Origin: Planctomycetia bacterium
GTDB taxonomy: Bacteria > Planctomycetota > Planctomycetia > Kolteriales > Kolteriaceae
NCBI GenBank assembly: GCA_051648425.1
Contig: JBOFFD010000430.1
Span: 1 to 24,737, forward strand
Reading direction: 5' to 3'
Length of the DNA: 24,737 bases
The position numbers and the translations under genes were made by a program. Below, piece by piece: positions 1 to 7,710 of the stretch. Each line of letters opens with the position of its first letter. The stretch's first letter is position 1. Below the pieces are notes generated by a model that was not told where the DNA came from, searched no databases, and worked only from the letters and a program-made list of their open reading frames with translations.

Positions 1-730
1 CGAGGTTGCCGTCGGCGGGTCGCGCCCCCAGACCGTAGACCCGGCATTCCCGGCCGCATTCCTTCAGCGCCGCCAACGACCGCGTCGACGCCGCCAACGG
101 TCGCAGGTACACGCAAAGATGACCGCCGGTGCTGCGCTGAGCCTGCAACACTTCCGGCCGCAGCATCGACCCGACCTGTACCACGTTCTTGTACTGCGGC
201 TTCAAGGGCGGGAAGAAGAACGACGACACGATCGTTTCCGACTGCCCCTGGTGGTAGGCGTGAACGACCCAGCCCATGTAACCGACGTGCTTGCGGACAT
301 GCCGAGGCAGGCTCGTCAAATCGCTGACGACGAGGAAATGTTGGTGGTTCAAGCTGACGAACGGCACCCCGCGACGGCCGGCGGCGCGCGGCAGAGCCGG
401 CTCGAAGTCGGTGATGCACAGGTCGGGGCGTTCGCGGTCGATGGCCCGTTCCAACACCTTCACGACCCGCGGCAGGTTCCACAAATAGGCGGCGCCGTGC
501 GACATCGTCTTTATGTAGTTGAGGCGGTGGCCGTGGTAGTGAAAGCGCGGGCAGGGAATCCGACGGACGTCGACGTCGGTGTTCGCATAGCGCGGGGCCA
601 ACAGTCGGTAGGCGTCGTCGGGGGCGAACAGCACCAAGCGGTGGTGGTCGCGCAGTTGCTCGACGAGCGCTCGGGCGCGGGTTGCGTGGCCGCGTCCCTC
701 GCCCGCCATGCTGAAGAAGATGGTCGCCAT
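1..730 (-). CDS. MJ1255/VC2487-like glycosyltransferase (GT-B fold), 3' end runs off the window
   Basis: Not in the ORF track because it is open to the window edge. Manual translation from ATG at 730 (GAGG upstream) gives [27 protein letters not shown]...[16 protein letters not shown]...FVSLNHQH. The GEGRGHATR and ITDFEP motifs are typical of this family. Confidence 0.85.
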   Translation of the reverse strand, partial: MATIFFSMAGEGRGHATRARALVEQLRDHHRLVLFAPDDAYRLLAPRYANTDVDVRRIPCPRFHYHGHRLNYIKTMSHGAAYLWNLPRVVKVLERAIDRERPDLCITDFEPALPRAAGRRGVPFVSLNHQHFLVVSDLTSLPRHVRKHVGYMGWVVHAYHQGQSETIVSSFFFPPLKPQYKNVVQVGSMLRPEVLQAQRSTGGHLCVYLRPLAASTRSLAALKECGRECRVYGLGARPADGNL

Positions 731-1111
731 TTACGCCTCGCTGCGGCAATGGAATCAACCGTGGGTTCCGACCGACGGCGAGCCGCCTCGCGAACCGGGG
801 AGGATTCGCGACGATCGCGCCCGAAGCGGATCGGGAACTTCGTCCCTGTCGTCCACGGCGTCATTGTAAACTAGCAACCGGGTAGAGAAACAGAGCGCTT
901 CCAAAACGTGAAGTTTCGATGAAAGCCCCTCAATGCTCGCGGCGGACGCGGTAGGATTGCCCAGACCGCCGCTTCTCGGTGGTTCTCGGGCTGGATGATG
1001 ACGCACGACTTGGGTAGGTTGCAGGAACGGGTCCGTCGTACAGTGCTGCGGTTGCAGCGATCGCTTTTGATTGGGACGGAACAATGCTGGAGAAGTTGTT
1101 AATTTTTTTGC

Positions 1112-1468
1112 GTGCCGGCAGTGATCGCGCTCGCCGGAGCGAGCGTCGTCGTCCAATGGATTCTTACCCACCGCCGGTTGCAGCGGACGCGCGGGACGGT
1201 GGTGGGTCACAAGGAGATCGTCGGTTCGGAAGGCACGCTCTTCTTCTGTGAACTCGAGTACGAGGCCGAAGGCCAAACGTGGCGCGCGATCGACGACATG
1301 GGATTCGGCTGGCGGCAGCCCGCCGTTGGCTGCACGGTCTGGGTGGGGTGTCCGCCCGCCGACCCCGGCCGTGGGCGGGTGTGGCGCGTCTGGCCGGCGT
1401 TCCTCGGGGCGGGTTTGGTCGTCGTTGGGGTCTTGTTCATTGCGGTCGCGCTGTCGCGCAGCGTTTGA
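1112..1468 (+). CDS. DUF3592-like small membrane protein
   Basis: N-terminal hydrophobic helix, RTRGTVVG...ELEYEAEG beta-rich core, VWVGCPPADP motif and C-terminal TM helix match DUF3592 architecture. The start may lie at 1084 across a T7 run (see findings). Confidence 0.7.
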   Translation: MPAVIALAGASVVVQWILTHRRLQRTRGTVVGHKEIVGSEGTLFFCELEYEAEGQTWRAIDDMGFGWRQPAVGCTVWVGCPPADPGRGRVWRVWPAFLGAGLVVVGVLFIAVALSRSV

Positions 1469-1477
1469 CGCTTTCTG

Positions 1478-2707
1478 CTATTTCTTCCCGGCCGCGTCGG
1501 GCTGCCGCCAAGCCCACGTCGACGTATACGACCGGTTCAAGGACGGTGTCGGCGTCGGTCGGCCGGCGTCCAACTTCGAGCGCAGCGCGGCGTCGAGCAT
1601 CACGCTGGTGAACAACGTCCGTTCGACGGGCGCCGCTGACTTGCCGGTGTGGATCATCGCCTCGACCCCGTGCAGCAGGTGCGCGAAGTGCATGTACGGC
1701 AGTTCCTCTTGTGAATTGACCGCCATCGACTGCATGCCGCCGTCGGCGGTCGACCACGCCGCCGACCATTCCGCCGCCGCGCCGTCCAGAACAAACACTA
1801 CGCCGCGGAGGCCGTCGCGGTAGCGCGAGACGAACGCCACCGGTTCGCGCGCCAACTCCTCCACGGCTTCGCCGGCGCCTGGCGTGTACGGGCTGCGCTT
1901 CAGTCGGCCGAGCGCCGCATCGAGTAGTTTGCGGTCGTACACTCCCTCGGCGGCGGCCGTCCAGACGGCCGGTCCGGTCAAGCAGGCGACCGAATCGACG
2001 CCGGTTTCGCCGCCGCGCCGCCGCTCGGCCAACGCTTGCAGCAGTTCCAGGGCGTGGAAACCGTAGGCGTCGAGCGGGCCGAACGAAACCACCACGACTT
2101 CCCGAAGGTCGGTGCCGGCCGGCACGTCAATGGCAGGGTCGCGCCAGGTCCAGGGAATCGAGGAACCGGCCATCAACGGCGCCTTCAGACGGAGCGCCGT
2201 TTCGTAGTACCACAGGGCGTCGGCCGGGTCGTCGGCGAGGTGCTTGTCGTGGAAGACCGGGACCGATCGGCCGTTTTGCTCGAAGACGGCCGCCACCTCG
2301 GAAAACAGCCGCCGCTTCGGCCAGGCGGTTTGGCCGTCGGCGGTCGTCGGGTAGTCGCCGTGCTCGGCGATCAGCAGCACGCCGTCGACCGCCAATTTTC
2401 CGGTCCCCAGCGTCAGGGCGTCGGCGACGGTGGGCGACCGGCGGAAGCCGTGCTTCCGCGCCAAGCCGACCGACAGGTCGTTCGGTCCGACTTGGTCGAC
2501 GTACACCGACGCCAACTTCAGGTTGGGCCGGCGTCCCTTGCCGTCCAGCGTTTCGGTGTCGAGCAGCCGATTCAAGATCATTTCCGCGTGTGAATTCGTG
2601 CGATAGATCGTCACAACGCCGGCAACACGCGGTGGGTCGGCGGCGTTCGCCGTCGCGCTGAAGGAAAGGCTGATCGCCAGCGCGAGGAATCGTCGGCGGT
2701 TCGACAT
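1478..2707 (-). CDS. Conserved exported protein with Tat-like signal, possibly a Rossmann-fold oxidoreductase-like protein
   Basis: 409 aa ORF. N-terminus MSNRRRFLALA...ATANA resembles a twin-arginine signal. Motifs SHAEMI, YVDQ, AVDGVLLIAEHGDYP, PVFHDKHL, AGSSIP and YGFHALE resemble a family common in planctomycetes. Confidence 0.7.
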   Translation of the reverse strand: MSNRRRFLALAISLSFSATANAADPPRVAGVVTIYRTNSHAEMILNRLLDTETLDGKGRRPNLKLASVYVDQVGPNDLSVGLARKHGFRRSPTVADALTLGTGKLAVDGVLLIAEHGDYPTTADGQTAWPKRRLFSEVAAVFEQNGRSVPVFHDKHLADDPADALWYYETALRLKAPLMAGSSIPWTWRDPAIDVPAGTDLREVVVVSFGPLDAYGFHALELLQALAERRRGGETGVDSVACLTGPAVWTAAAEGVYDRKLLDAALGRLKRSPYTPGAGEAVEELAREPVAFVSRYRDGLRGVVFVLDGAAAEWSAAWSTADGGMQSMAVNSQEELPYMHFAHLLHGVEAMIHTGKSAAPVERTLFTSVMLDAALRSKLDAGRPTPTPSLNRSYTSTWAWRQPDAAGKK

Positions 2708-2765
2708 GACAGGCTCCTGGCAGCGGGTTGGGAGGTTTGGCGGGAGCGGGCGGAACCGGACTGCG

Positions 2766-3149
2766 TTACGAACCTCGGGCGCGGCGGACGAGAACGGGCG
2801 TCCAGACGACGGCGGTGGCCAGTAGGATGAAGCCGAACACGGCGCCGGCGGTGGCGTCGGCCTGGAAACGAGTTAGGGCGACGCCGAACAGTTTGTCGAC
2901 CAGCAGTTGCACGTAGGTCGATTCCCAGTCGACGTAGCCGAGCTGCTCGCGGACGCGGAAATGCCAGTCGGTGCAAACGCAGTAACCCCAGCCGTACCAG
3001 GCGCCGAGCCCGAACCAAGAGAAGGCGGTGGCGGCCACCGTGGCCAAGTGGTAAGGACGCGCCGGCGGCCACGCCCACCCGACCATGTTGAAGCCGATGA
3101 GCAGGGTGTGGAACACGAAGAAAGCGTAATCGGCGGTGTGCAGCAGCAT
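2766..3149 (-). CDS. DUF2784-like membrane protein
   Basis: Hydrophobic ORF with H-rich TM segments and GWGYCVCTDWH motif (family pattern C.LT.WE/H). Likely start is ATG 3149; the ORF track extends to 3230. Confidence 0.75.
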   Translation of the reverse strand: MLLHTADYAFFVFHTLLIGFNMVGWAWPPARPYHLATVAATAFSWFGLGAWYGWGYCVCTDWHFRVREQLGYVDWESTYVQLLVDKLFGVALTRFQADATAGAVFGFILLATAVVWTPVLVRRARGS

Positions 3150-3351
3150 CGTCGTCCCGAGCCGGGGTTCAGCGCGGAGCGATCCATCCGCGACGATCAG
3201 TCTAGCGACCGACGGCGGGGTATTCACCATGCGACGTTCGGCTCGCGAACATCGCGGTGTGAATCGGTGTCAGTACGATCGGCGGCGTCGGTTGGACGTC
3301 GACCAGGGCGGCAAAACCGGCGGACGATGCGGTCGATGGATGACGACGGTG

Positions 3352-3720
3352 TCAGCCGACGGTGACGGCGGCGACGGCGCCGACGGCGGGTTTCCCCTCG
3401 CGACGGCCGAACTCGACCCGACAGCAACCGAACTCGAAATGTTCAAACGGTTGGTCGTCGGACTGCGGTCTGAAGAACTTCGGGTTGAGCGCGTAGTGGA
3501 CGAATCGACCGTCCTTCCGCGCCGTGACGATCTCCGCGTTGCGGAGAATGCCCAGATGATGAGAGATGTTCGGGACGGGCGCCTGCAAGAGGTTGGCCAG
3601 TTCCGTGACCGTATGGGGTCCTTCGGTGAACACATGGACGATCCGAAGGCGTTCCGGATCGGCCAAGGCACGTAGGAGCCTCGAACAGCGGTCAACCTGT
3701 AATGGGTCGCGCTTGGACAT
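3352..3720 (-). CDS. ArsR/SmtB family transcriptional regulator
   Basis: LRALADPERLRIV...TVTELANLL...PNISHHLGILRNAEIVTARKDGRFVHYALN is a canonical ArsR winged HTH. Confidence 0.92.
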   Translation of the reverse strand: MSKRDPLQVDRCSRLLRALADPERLRIVHVFTEGPHTVTELANLLQAPVPNISHHLGILRNAEIVTARKDGRFVHYALNPKFFRPQSDDQPFEHFEFGCCRVEFGRREGKPAVGAVAAVTVG

Positions 3721-3983
3721 TGGAGGTGCGAACGCTCCCGCCGCGTGGTTGTAGTAACGATTTTTGGAATATAGCTGCGCTGACGGACGAACGACAGTAT
3801 AGTCGATTGAGGATCAACAATGGAAGTGCAGTCCGGGAATTTTTCAAAAAACCCGCGACTTTTCCTTTGCGCCGACAGGGTCCGCCGCGCAGCGTCCTAC
3901 GACGTAAAACCGCGACGAACAGTTCGCCGACGATGGAAAGCAGCGTCGCGCGGGAATCGGCTCCGACGGTTTCCGGCGGTTCC

Positions 3984-4012
3984 TTGCCGTCGACCGAGGC
4001 ATCGGGTATAGT
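3984..4012 (+). promoter_or_regulatory. sigma70-type promoter of tRNA-Ser
   Basis: TTGCCG (3984-3989), 17-nt spacer, TATAGT (4007-4012), ending 11 nt before the tRNA 5' end. Confidence 0.7.
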
Positions 4013-4023
4013 TATGACAGTCC

Positions 4024-4114
4024 GGAGAGGTGGCAGAGTGGTCGATTGCACCGGTTTGCTAAACCGGCATACCTGTAACAACGGGTATCGAGGGTTCAAA
4101 TCCCTCCCTCTCCG
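4024..4114 (+). tRNA. tRNA-Ser(GCT), probable prophage integration site
   Basis: GGAGAGG/CCTCTCC acceptor stem, D-loop GGCAGAGTGGTCGATTGC, anticodon arm CCGGT-TTGCTAA-ACCGG, long variable arm, T-arm GAGGG-TTCAAAT-CCCTC, discriminator G. CCA is not encoded. Confidence 0.97.
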
Positions 4115-4172
4115 CTGGTAAGCATTTCAGGCCGTTTTCCTAGCGAATTCCCTCGTCTACCGTCGTTCAAGG

Positions 4173-5411
4173 TCAATTAGGTCGCCCGTCTCCGCCGGAG
4201 TCATCCGGCGGCTTCTCGGCGGTTCCCGGCGGTTCCGGGCGTACGGCCGCGCTGCCCAGGCGCTGCCAAACTCCGTCGGTCCGGTCGACGGCCGCCGACA
4301 GTTCGTCGAGGCCGAGGTGCGTGTACCGGTTTGCCGTGAGCTTCGGGTCGGAGTGACGGGCCAGCTTCTGGGCGATCGCGAGCGGAACGCCGGCCCGGCC
4401 GAGGTTGGTGATGAACGTGTGCCGCAGCGCGTGAAAGTCCGCGAAACCGGCGTCCGTTTTGAAATCGATCCCGGCGGCGGCGAGATCCTTTTGCAGCATC
4501 TGGCCCGCCCAGTTTTGGGAAGCCCACTTCCCAGCCCATAGCGGTTCCCCGGCGGGCCGGCCGGCCGTCCATTGAGAGAGGGCCGCGACCGACCACGCCG
4601 GCAGCGGCTGCACGTCCTGCCGCCGGCGCTTCGAGACCTCCGCCGCGAGCACCACCACCGGCGGCGCCGCGTCGAAACGGAACGACTCCGGCGTCAGGCT
4701 CGCCAGCTCGGCGGCGCGGAACCCCGTCGCCAGCGCGGCGAGGTAGAGGTGCGCGCGGTCGACCCCGGCCAGCCGGCGGACATCCTTCCCGGCGACGGCG
4801 GCCGCGAACAGTTTTTCGACCTCGTCGTCGGTGAGCGCCCGCCGATCGTGCCGCCGGTCGGTGCGGACGTTCTCCGGTTCGACCGCCGCCAACGGGTCGG
4901 CCGCCAGCCGGCGGTTCTTCACGCAAAAGCGGACGAACTGGCGGACCGCGGCCAGGTAGAAATTCCGCGTTTGCGTCGACAGGCCGGTCGTCCGCCGGCG
5001 GCCGGAAACCCGCGCGGCGACCTCGGGGTTCTTCAGGTCGGCGAGGAACGCCTTGACCCGCTCGGGCAGTAGGTCTTGGATCGACGCCGCGCCGCTTTCC
5101 GCGACGAACGTTCGCAACCGGCCGCACACCAGCTCGGCGTGGTCGACCGTCACGTCGCCCGACCGCAGATCCTTCTCGAAAGCGTCGACGTGCTCCAGGA
5201 TCGGCGCCCGGTCGTGGTCGTCGTACCGCGACACCAGGCCGTCGCGCCGCAGCTTCGCGTCCTGCTCGGCCTTCGCCGCCGCCTGGGCGGTCAGCTTCTT
5301 GTCGCGGTATCCCTTCCGCGTCCGACGGCGGCCGTCGGCGTCGAAGAACGAGTAGTACCAGACCGCGTCCTTCTTCCCCTGGTCGCGGCCGCGGCGGAAC
5401 ACGCTGGCCAT
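4173..5411 (-). CDS. int: Tyrosine recombinase / phage integrase
   Basis: Arm-binding-like N-terminus (WYYSFFDADGRRRTRKG) and catalytic motifs TGFRAAEL, SKRR, HALRHTF, LARHS and RYTH. ATG 5411 overlaps the upstream TGA (TGATG). Confidence 0.96.
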   Translation of the reverse strand: MASVFRRGRDQGKKDAVWYYSFFDADGRRRTRKGYRDKKLTAQAAAKAEQDAKLRRDGLVSRYDDHDRAPILEHVDAFEKDLRSGDVTVDHAELVCGRLRTFVAESGAASIQDLLPERVKAFLADLKNPEVAARVSGRRRTTGLSTQTRNFYLAAVRQFVRFCVKNRRLAADPLAAVEPENVRTDRRHDRRALTDDEVEKLFAAAVAGKDVRRLAGVDRAHLYLAALATGFRAAELASLTPESFRFDAAPPVVVLAAEVSKRRRQDVQPLPAWSVAALSQWTAGRPAGEPLWAGKWASQNWAGQMLQKDLAAAGIDFKTDAGFADFHALRHTFITNLGRAGVPLAIAQKLARHSDPKLTANRYTHLGLDELSAAVDRTDGVWQRLGSAAVRPEPPGTAEKPPDDSGGDGRPN

Positions 5412-5725
5412 CACTTCGCCTTCCGTTTCGCGGCGGCGGGCTTCGGCTCGTCCGTCTTCGCGGCGGCCGCGGCGCGGAGCTGCTCCCAGTCTTTACGGGA
5501 CGGCATCCCCGCTTCGATCCAGGCGTCGATTTCGGATCGAACCCAGTATTTACGGCCGGCGGGGTCGCGGCGGTGCGCCGGCAGCTTGCCGGCAGCGTCC
5601 CACTCGGTCACCGTCCGGTAGGCGCGGTTGATGTGGACGCCGAGCATCTCCACGTCGAGGATTCCCGACGGCGAGGCGTACTCCACGATCCGCTTCACTG
5701 TGCTCGTCGCTTCGATCGTCGGCAT
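5411..5725 (-). CDS. AlpA/excisionase-like winged-HTH protein (probable recombination directionality factor)
   Basis: LDVEMLGVHINRAYRTVTEWDAAGKLP...RKYWVRSEIDAWI pattern. GAGAGG RBS. Translationally coupled to the integrase. Confidence 0.8.
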   Translation of the reverse strand: MPTIEATSTVKRIVEYASPSGILDVEMLGVHINRAYRTVTEWDAAGKLPAHRRDPAGRKYWVRSEIDAWIEAGMPSRKDWEQLRAAAAAKTDEPKPAAAKRKAK

Positions 5726-5758
5726 GCAAAACCTCTCTTTCCGTGCTGGTTCTCGGTG

Positions 5759-5974
5759 TCAGGAATTCGATTCGTCGAGCAGCCGTTTGGCCGCTTGGAG
5801 CCGCTGGACGTCTTCGGTTTTCCCGCCGGCGTCGGGGTGGAATCGTTTCGCGGCCGATTGGTAGGCGGAGGCCCGAACGGCCGGGTCGGCGAGGATCGAG
5901 GCCCGGCTGAATTGGTCGCGGCCGGCGACTTCCGCGAGCCAATCGGCGGCGTGCGCCGGCGAGACGAAGTACAT
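5759..5974 (-). CDS. Minimal J-domain (DnaJ-like) protein, 71 aa
   Basis: SAYQSAAKRFHPDAGG...VQRLQAAKRLL contains the HPD motif between two helices. ATG 5974 is coupled to the upstream stop (TGATG); the ORF-track start at 6106 lies inside the neighbouring gene. Confidence 0.75.
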   Translation of the reverse strand: MYFVSPAHAADWLAEVAGRDQFSRASILADPAVRASAYQSAAKRFHPDAGGKTEDVQRLQAAKRLLDESNS

Positions 5975-6330
5975 CACTTCGCCGCCATCCTTTCCGCCTC
6001 GGCGAGGTATCCTTCCGCCCATGCCCGCCACTGTGTGTTGTCGCGGAAGCGGTTGGTGTTCGAGACCAGTAAGTCCGTGTGCCGGTAGTCCGCGTAACGC
6101 ACCCATTCGCCGCGACTGCCGTTTCTCTTTTTCGCAAAGAGGAAATGCACCTTCGTGACGGGAGTACAGCGGCGGTACACGAAGATCTTTTCGTCCGGCT
6201 TCGCCACGTCGTCCAACTGGTCGAGCGCGTCCCAGCCGCCGGCCGAGTTGCGAACGACCCGTAAGAGTTTCGGCAGTCTGTTAAGTTCCAGGACGACGCC
6301 TTTCGCGGGGCCGTCGACGAACGTCGTCAC
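5974..6330 (-). CDS. Phage hypothetical protein
   Basis: ORF with FVDGPAKG start motif and protein-like composition. GAGGAG lies 8 nt before GTG 6330 (track start 6339). Confidence 0.7.
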   Translation of the reverse strand: MTTFVDGPAKGVVLELNRLPKLLRVVRNSAGGWDALDQLDDVAKPDEKIFVYRRCTPVTKVHFLFAKKRNGSRGEWVRYADYRHTDLLVSNTNRFRDNTQWRAWAEGYLAEAERMAAK

Positions 6331-6356
6331 CGTGTTCACTCCTCTCTAAGAACCAT

Positions 6357-6424
6357 CGGCCGCGGCGGGACTCGAACCCGCCGTTCCCGTCAACAAGGGA
6401 CGCGCCGCCCTCGGCGCCGCAGCG
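6357..6424 (-). ncRNA. Degenerate tRNA-like element (pseudo-tRNA; GTT in the anticodon-like loop)
   Basis: Minus strand folds as acceptor-like GCTGCG/CGCGGC, D-like hairpin GCGCC/GGCGC, TCCC-TTGTTGAC-GGGA arm and canonical T-arm GCGGG-TTCGAGT-CCCGC. It fills the gap between two ORFs. No CCA, and the D and anticodon loops are non-canonical. Confidence 0.5.
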
Positions 6425-6431
6425 TGTGTCG

Positions 6432-6659
6432 TCACCGGCCGACGCAGGCCGCCTTTGCCAACGACCCGCTCGCCGCGAAGTTGGCGAGATAAGGATTGAT
6501 CGCCGCCAGGTGCTCGCGTGAGATCCCGTACCGGATCATCAACTCCGGCTCCTCGCCCGGTTCATTCGGGAAGTACACCGCCGCGAGGCAGCTCCCGTTC
6601 GGCTCCTGGTCGTCGTACAGCCGCTCCGCCAGGTCGTTCCGCTTGTACTTGATCGCCAC
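6432..6659 (-). CDS. Small phage hypothetical protein (75 aa)
   Basis: AGGAGG RBS before GTG 6659; co-oriented with the operon. Confidence 0.7.
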   Translation of the reverse strand: MAIKYKRNDLAERLYDDQEPNGSCLAAVYFPNEPGEEPELMIRYGISREHLAAINPYLANFAASGSLAKAACVGR

Positions 6660-6749
6660 GTCGAACCTCCTGAAAGTTAAGAAAGATCTGAATCAGTTCC
6701 GCTTCAAACCATGTCGGCAGCGGCGCCAACCGTTGGAAATCAAAGTTCC

Positions 6750-7190
6750 TCACGCCGACCGCCGCGGCTTCCGCCTTTTCGTTTCGCTCGCCGGCGTCGT
6801 CAGCACCTTCGCGGCGGACCAGCCGCGCCGAAGCCGCTGGTGGATCGTCGCGGCCGACACGCCGACGATCCGCGACCACTCGCTGACCGTCAGCCGTCGA
6901 CCGTCGTGTGCGAGCAGTCGCGGCGCGAAGTGCAACGCCGGCGATCGCTGTCCGCCTTGGTGCGCGACTTCCGCCGCCGCCGACCAAGACAGCGCCCGGC
7001 CGCTCAGTGCTTCTCGCCCGGCTTCGTGGTTGGCGATCATCGCCGCGATTCGCGATTCCCTCTCGGGATCGACGACTCGCCTCGGGCCGCGGCTGGCCGA
7101 CGACAGGCTCCGTTTCACGCGATAGGCCGCCATTTCGCCGTGGTGCAGTCGCTCCCACCCCGGCAACGCGCGATCGACGGGCGGCTTCAC
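6750..7190 (-). CDS. Phage protein with a C-terminal DNA-binding motif of the type appended to HNH homing endonucleases
   Basis: C-terminus LAHDGRRLTVSEWSRIVGVSAATIHQRLRRGWSAAKVLTTP. No HNH catalytic motif is visible. GTGA overlap with the upstream gene. Confidence 0.65.
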   Translation of the reverse strand: MKPPVDRALPGWERLHHGEMAAYRVKRSLSSASRGPRRVVDPERESRIAAMIANHEAGREALSGRALSWSAAAEVAHQGGQRSPALHFAPRLLAHDGRRLTVSEWSRIVGVSAATIHQRLRRGWSAAKVLTTPASETKRRKPRRSA

Positions 7191-7624
7191 CGGTCACCCT
7201 GTTGAACTTCGAGGTCGGACGGCTTGAAGCGATACCAGTCGTGCTCCTCGGTGAACGGCTCGTCGGACAGCGTGGGGACTTCCTCCGCGTCGGCCTCGGC
7301 GGGCGGCCCGAGGAGGACCTGTTCGGGCGCTGGCGACGGCAGATACCACGGGTCGACGGCGATGGCGCCGACCCGCTCCGCCGTCGTTCGGGCGTCGGCC
7401 TCGGAGGTGAACGTCAGGGAGAAGAGCGCCACCGGTGAGAACAGCTTCGAGAACGGCGGCGCGTCGCTGGTCGCCGGTACGTCGACTTTCAGGAACGACC
7501 GGTCCGCGACCGTCTCTTCGGAAATGAACCCGGCAAAGATCCTGCGACCGAGCACTTCCACCACGCCCCAGCGTCCGGGCGGGGACTTCGGCTCGGGTCC
7601 GTCGCTCTGAAACTCAGGTGACAT
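7187..7624 (-). CDS. Conserved phage hypothetical protein
   Basis: WGVVEVLGRRIFAGFISEE...FLKVDVP...FSKLFSPVALFSL resembles a widespread small phage family. GAGGAGG lies 8 nt before ATG 7624 (track start 7681). Confidence 0.75.
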   Translation of the reverse strand: MSPEFQSDGPEPKSPPGRWGVVEVLGRRIFAGFISEETVADRSFLKVDVPATSDAPPFSKLFSPVALFSLTFTSEADARTTAERVGAIAVDPWYLPSPAPEQVLLGPPAEADAEEVPTLSDEPFTEEHDWYRFKPSDLEVQQGDR

Positions 7625-7710
7625 CTTCGCTACCTCCTCTTCCCAGACGGCTTCGATCGCCGTTCTTAGTCCTTCGCTCAATCCAACTCACTTTCACGGG
7701 GGACGAGTTC

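Noticed and set aside
119-874. 251-aa plus-strand ORF
   Set aside because: It is the antisense shadow of the glycosyltransferase on the minus strand, which carries the recognisable motifs.
755-1276. 173-aa minus-strand ORF
   Set aside because: No family features, and it overlaps the better-supported DUF3592-like gene.
6365-6381. T-arm-like sequence as the second att site
   Set aside because: It differs from the tRNA-Ser 3' end (GCGGGTTCGAGTCCCGC versus GAGGGTTCAAATCCCTC) and is inverted, so it is not the att duplicate.
6660-6749. GGAACT-containing repeats as an ECF sigma promoter
   Set aside because: Two GGAACT(T)TGATT-like motifs occur on the minus strand, but no matching -10 element lies at the right spacing.
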